DNA of 64,000 nt from the human T2T-CHM13v2.0 reference genome, Homo sapiens. Each line of letters begins with the position of its first letter. The first letter of the stretch is position 1. The stretch lies in assembly GCF_009914755.1 (NCBI RefSeq), contig NC_060925.1; one strand, 5' to 3'. Positions 58,937 through 64,000 of this stretch are shown piece after piece. The notes under the pieces are model-generated. The model was not told where the DNA came from and did no database searches. It saw only the letters and a list, made by a program, of their open reading frames with translations. The position numbers and the translations under genes were made by a program.

Positions 58937-59489
58937 TCACCACTATTTGAGTACAAAAAATGTAGTTGAAGAGACAACCCATAGCTTTGTTAAACTATTT
59001 ACACTCACTGATATCAGGAATCCTGTTTTTAGGAGTAATCATTGTGAGGAAAAATATATTTTCACGGAACCACAGAATTTTTGGTATGTGCTACATTAAG
59101 CAAGCGCACCAGGTTTAACACCTGAGCTCATGTTCCTACCTTGAAGTTAAGGCAAAAAGCTCAAATCTAAAGAATGGATGAATTTAGCACAATAAAGGTA
59201 GGAAAATGTTGACCAGCCATGCTCATCTATACACAATACTCCCAGAGGGTTCCATCCTTATTATTACTACATGTGATAAAACTGTCTAGACCTAAATACA
59301 CACACATACAAAGGAATAAAAGTAATACTGGAAAATTTTCATAAGATTGGCAAATTTTATCAACATCAATATTTGTGGTAGACAATACACATGGTACACT
59401 TACACCAGGACACACCACAGCCTTGACCTATGGTTATTGTCCTGGTTACTCCTGTCCTATTAAAATAAGGATGAAAAACTACATTAACA

Positions 59490-59710
59490 ATGATAGCCTT
59501 TGTTGAGTACTTACTATGCCCTGAGTACTTGCTAAAGTTTTACTTCTGTTACATGCTACAAGAGTACTTGACACATGCATGAACTCAGTAAATTACAATA
59601 TTCCTATTTCATTATAATAATTTTACAAATAAGAAAACAAACTTAGCATTTTAAATAAAACTGGCACAAAGTCCCATAGCTAATAAATTGCAGAGGTGGG
59701 ATTATTCATT
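59490..59710 (-). mobile_element. MIR
   Basis: ttgttgagtacttactatgcc...ttttacaaataagaaaac...aaagtcccatagctaataaattgcagaggtggga. Confidence 0.65.
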
Positions 59711-59859
59711 AGTTATTCATTCAACAAGTATTAATACTTTATTAATGCTCTAGAAATAGCCTTTAACATTAATACCTATAATATTTTTTGAGGACTCACT
59801 AGAGGCTAAGAAATGTATTTAGTACTTTCATCATTACACCAAATAAACAACAATGTGTT

Positions 59860-60030
59860 CCTGGTTGCGCAAGTCACTAACCCTTTTGTGACTCAGCTTC
59901 CTTCCTGTAAAGTGTTAATAATTATACTACCTCTACTCCATAGTGCTATTGTGAAAACTTACACGAAATGGTATATGAAAGATGCTTAAAATACTGCCTG
60001 CCACATAATAAATGCCCCATAAGCTGTCAT
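59860..60030 (+). mobile_element. MIR
   Basis: caagtcactaaccc...tgtgactcagcttccttcctgtaaa...ctgcctgccacataataaatgc. Confidence 0.65.
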
Positions 60031-60145
60031 TGTCATCATCAACTCACTGCATATTGACAATTCCTTATAGTAGAAATCTCATCTGCTATACCGCTTACTA
60101 ACAGTTTTATCAAGAACAACCATTCTGTCTCATACCTTCATCCTT

Positions 60146-60392
60146 TATTATTATACTACTACTAATATAATATAGAATATACTGATAATATATTATATAT
60201 TACATAGTATATTATATTATCATATATATTATTAACATATATATTACATATATTACAATTATATATTAGTATAACACACTAATAATTGTATAAGTATTAT
60301 ATAACGTACTAATTATATACTATAATAGTATATTGTAAGTGTTATAATTACTAATAATTATATTAATAATATAATATGTATTATTCATATTT
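60146..60392. repeat. TA-rich low-complexity island 1
   Basis: Overwhelmingly A/T with dense TA dinucleotides. Confidence 0.9.
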
Positions 60393-60921
60393 AGAGGCTG
60401 CAGAGAGAAGGCAAAAAGAGGATGCATCTCAGGGAATGTTGGATGTTTAATCTCTAGAATAAAAGAGAAAGAAAAGAAAAAATAGAAACACAAATTGGTA
60501 CATCTGGGCCCCCACCAGAAGGTGAACTTAGGTGTACAGTTTCAAGAAGCATAACATGAGTGGACAAGTCTACTGCCAACAACTGGTTAATATCTGCAAT
60601 CAGGTGGAATTCCTCAACTTAATTTCTTCTCTGAATAAATTAAGATTCAGACTTTGTAATACTATTGCCCTGAAATGTAATGCTAAAAAAAAAAAAACCA
60701 AAAAACTGATTTTCAAGCTTAGAAGATGGCTACACCTTTCACTAAATACTTATTTTACTACATTTGCTCTTCTGCAGTAAGCAACTGATTTGCTATTTTT
60801 CTTAGTATTTAAAAGATGTAACTAAATAGTGAATATATACATTGCATATAAAATTCTGCATATACTTCTAAGATTAAAATTTGCAATTGTATTTCCATCT
60901 CTCATAAAATGATCTAATGAC

Positions 60922-61137
60922 TTAAAAATATTTATAATATATAAATATGTAAAAATTTGTTAATATATAATATATTAACCTAATGATATATTATTTCATA
61001 ATATAGATACTACATAATAAAATATATATTATTCGTAGTATATTATATATAATATAATTAGTATATTATTATATATTTGTATATTATATACCACTAATAA
61101 TATAAGATATAATAATAATATGAATAGAATATATATT
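60922..61137. repeat. TA-rich low-complexity island 2
   Basis: Overwhelmingly A/T with dense TA dinucleotides. Confidence 0.9.
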
Positions 61138-61399
61138 GCATAGATTTGTTGCAGAGGTTCAGTGAGTTAATTCCTTCATGGTGCCTGGGATATAAGTGCA
61201 CAGGAATAGTTTTAAATGAGGGAAGCACCTAATGGAATGAGGAAGGGGGCAGATAGGAGTGGCTTCACCCTTGAAACTGAAAAATAACTAATTTTTGTAT
61301 ATACTACGTAACCATGAGGGCTCACTGCTTTTCTGTGTCTTCATTTCCTTTTTTAAGCTGATTTTGAGGCCAATTTTCAGTGACATCTTTAATGAAACA

Positions 61400-61600
61400 G
61401 AGTTGTGTAGCAGAAAAGCACTGGCTCTGCAATTATACAAACCAAGGAAGAATGCTGGCTTCCTTATTTAACAGCTGAATGATGCTGAATAGTACACTTA
61501 ATTCTCTGGGCCTCAGTTTTATTAACTAAAATTTCAACAAATAACAATATAAACAATATGAAAATATTTAAAACTTCTATCTCTAAAGGCTGTTAAAGCT
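61400..61600 (+). mobile_element. MIR
   Basis: gtgtagcagaaaagcactgg...cttaattctctgggcctcagtttt. Confidence 0.65.
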
Positions 61601-64000
61601 ATTTTAATCATATTGTCTATTATATAAAGTTTTTAGATGAAAAGGGGGTTGCTATACAAAAAGATTTGATCTTACGGTTTTGCACCATCATATTAAACAT
61701 GTTTTTCCCCAATAGTAGCAAATTCAGCAATTCTCCAACCAACTTCCGGGGTAGCACTGCCTTTGGAAAGGCATTTACAAGTTGGTTTAAATGTTACAGG
61801 GCTTATTATGGATACATCTCATGTATTCTGCGGCAGGTTTCCCTTTTATGTTTCAATGCCTCAAAAAGATCTCTTCTGATACTGTATTTTTAATTCATTT
61901 CCACTTGTCAAAGGGGGATATCAGGTTTTATTTCAAATTTGTGTCATCTCATTGCTATGTGATATTTGACATTACAAAATATAGTGCAAATCTCCACATA
62001 TTAAGCTCGATATAGTCATAAATTTGTACTCCAAGCCCTCATTGACTTCAATAGGGCTTGGACTTGTGGAATGATTGCAGATCAAGGCATTTTGATATAA
62101 TGTAATTTTTTAAGTAGCTTTTTTTCCATAAGGAGAAACATGCTGCGAATAGCAAACTACCTGCACAGCATACACACAGCAGTCAGTAATCCTGGTCCTT
62201 GTCAAAATATTTTCTGTTCATATGTAAGTATTGACTGTGGTGAGAGACTTAAAATGACTTTAAGGAAAATCTCTGTGGTCACACTCTACTCCCTATTCAC
62301 ATAACACAATTTGAGGAACTTCATTAAAATCCATTCTTATAGAACCACCCTTGCATGCTTTATTACAGTAAACTAGCTATCAATTGGACTATTGACGTTC
62401 CACGTATGCAAATCATAGTATCTTTTCCATTATTTTAAAATGCTTTTGTTTCTAAATGAAGATTTATTTTGCCAGTTGATCACAGAATGAGCATGCACAA
62501 TAAATCATGAAGAGCACAGTCTGCAAATATATGTTTCAAGTTCAAGCAGCAATGATCTGCTACTTACAATCCTGAAGATAATAAACATTTTTATCCAATC
62601 ATCCAGAGTCTAAAGAAATTCAAAAAAATGGAAACTCTTTGAAATATACAGGCTTTTGGGTATCAAATTACCTTTGAAACCCCCCACCCAGAAGTATCTC
62701 TAACAAAATCCATTTGAAATACTGCTTCAATATTCTAAAAAATCAATAATTTAAACCACAGGTTGAACATTTTTACTGCTTCCACTGCAGACTGTCATTT
62801 TTCGAAATGAAAATGCTAATGATACCGAAGGGGAAAGCACTAAGCCGAAGAGATGCATGAATGAAACGTTGGATTGGCTAGACTTGCTGGTTTGATCTCT
62901 TTCTCCCTCACTCATCTGTGACAAGATGTCTTTTAAAATCAACAACTTTCATTTCAGTGTTTCTAAAAAATGCACTTCTCTGTTGTACATTACATCCTTC
63001 TCTACAGGAAGTTAAGGAATATGCTCTAGCAAGACATTTTATAGTAAATATGAATACAGAATGTAATACCAAGTAGGCTGTCTTATTTCAGTGCAACCTA
63101 TAATGTTGGGACACCTTTAAAATATTGCAGAGAGCACTGGAGAGAGGATAATCCCCTCGTACTAACGGTTTTCATATTCATACCACTGTACTAAAACACA
63201 AGCCATGAAGGAAGCCATGGAAATCCAGAGCCCAGAGGAGTTCAAATCAGAAAAAACTTTTTCATTGCCTTTGAAATTTATTTTTGTCTTTAAAGATTTA
63301 AGAAGTAAAGGTGTGAGATCAGGGTCATTGCCTTCTCCATAGGGCTCCTGGCTTTGAATTTGCTCTACCTAATACAGGATCTTGCTAGTAAACTTGGTTA
63401 ATGTCAGGTGGAGCAATTTTCATCCAAGAACTGGGAATTATGATTCATGGGATGTAAAACATCTTACTGGAGGGAAGACTAGGGAGTCATGGAGAAAACA
63501 AAACAATGATTGTCAATGAATAGCCAAACATGGTCCCATGAGCTATGGGACTCAAAAGGGAGAAAGCTGGTGCCCTAAAATAATGGAATTAAAAAGAGGC
63601 CCACAGCAAACCTTTTAACAAGTTTCTCATTTCTTTCTTAAAAACCTACAGAAACCTAAATTCTACCCGCAGCAAAATGATAGCACACAAATATTATTGA
63701 TCGATTTCTATAATGTGATAAATCACATCATTTCCATCTGGAAGCAAAAAACTCTAACAAGATAGAAGAGGGCAACTCAGTCTTTGTTGAGTATCTGCTG
63801 TGTTCAAGGAACTGAGATATGACTGTAGGGACAGACAGAAGAGAGGAATTCGAAATTATTAAAGCTCAGTTTATCCATGCAGTGGAGATTATGACATCTA
63901 CCACAGTGAGTTGCTAGTAGTAAAAGAGAAAATGTAAATTATATGGCTTTCGAAATGCTTGACAAATAATATATACACAATAACTACCCAATGCTAGTTT

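Noticed and set aside
59889-59897. TGACTCAGC antioxidant-response/NFE2 motif
   Set aside because: A single motif arising by drift in a MIR core, with no supporting context.

Overview
Human genomic DNA: Alu/L1/LTR-rich, AT-rich, and carrying a human-specific AluYb8-lineage element. The window lies inside the minus-strand gene DPYD (dihydropyrimidine dehydrogenase, 1p21). The only coding sequence I can support is the 165-bp exon 14 (19931-20095, minus strand, codons 581-635). Its donor site is the pharmacogenetic DPYD*2A (c.1905+1G>A) position and is wild-type here. Positions 1-19930 are intron 14 and 20096-64000 are intron 13. The other ORFs in the track look like repeat-derived or chance ORFs. 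I found no novel multi-gene system. The most interesting signals are: (i) a full-length THE1A nested in a MER4-group LTR, whose 5' LTR carries the PRDM9 hotspot core CCTCCCT and also the ATCCATG hotspot-dampening motif; (ii) an old L1MA copy with a twin-priming 5' inversion and intact TSDs; (iii) a young 5'-truncated AluYb8-lineage insertion; (iv) a TSD-less Alu at an apparent L1 deletion; (v) a triplicated POU-dimer (MORE) motif inside an LTR; (vi) several local duplications; (vii) TA-rich islands relevant to fragile site FRA1E; and (viii) a candidate Alu poison exon 2 kb past exon 14. Repeat subfamily names come from remembered consensus sequences and need RepeatMasker/Dfam confirmation.
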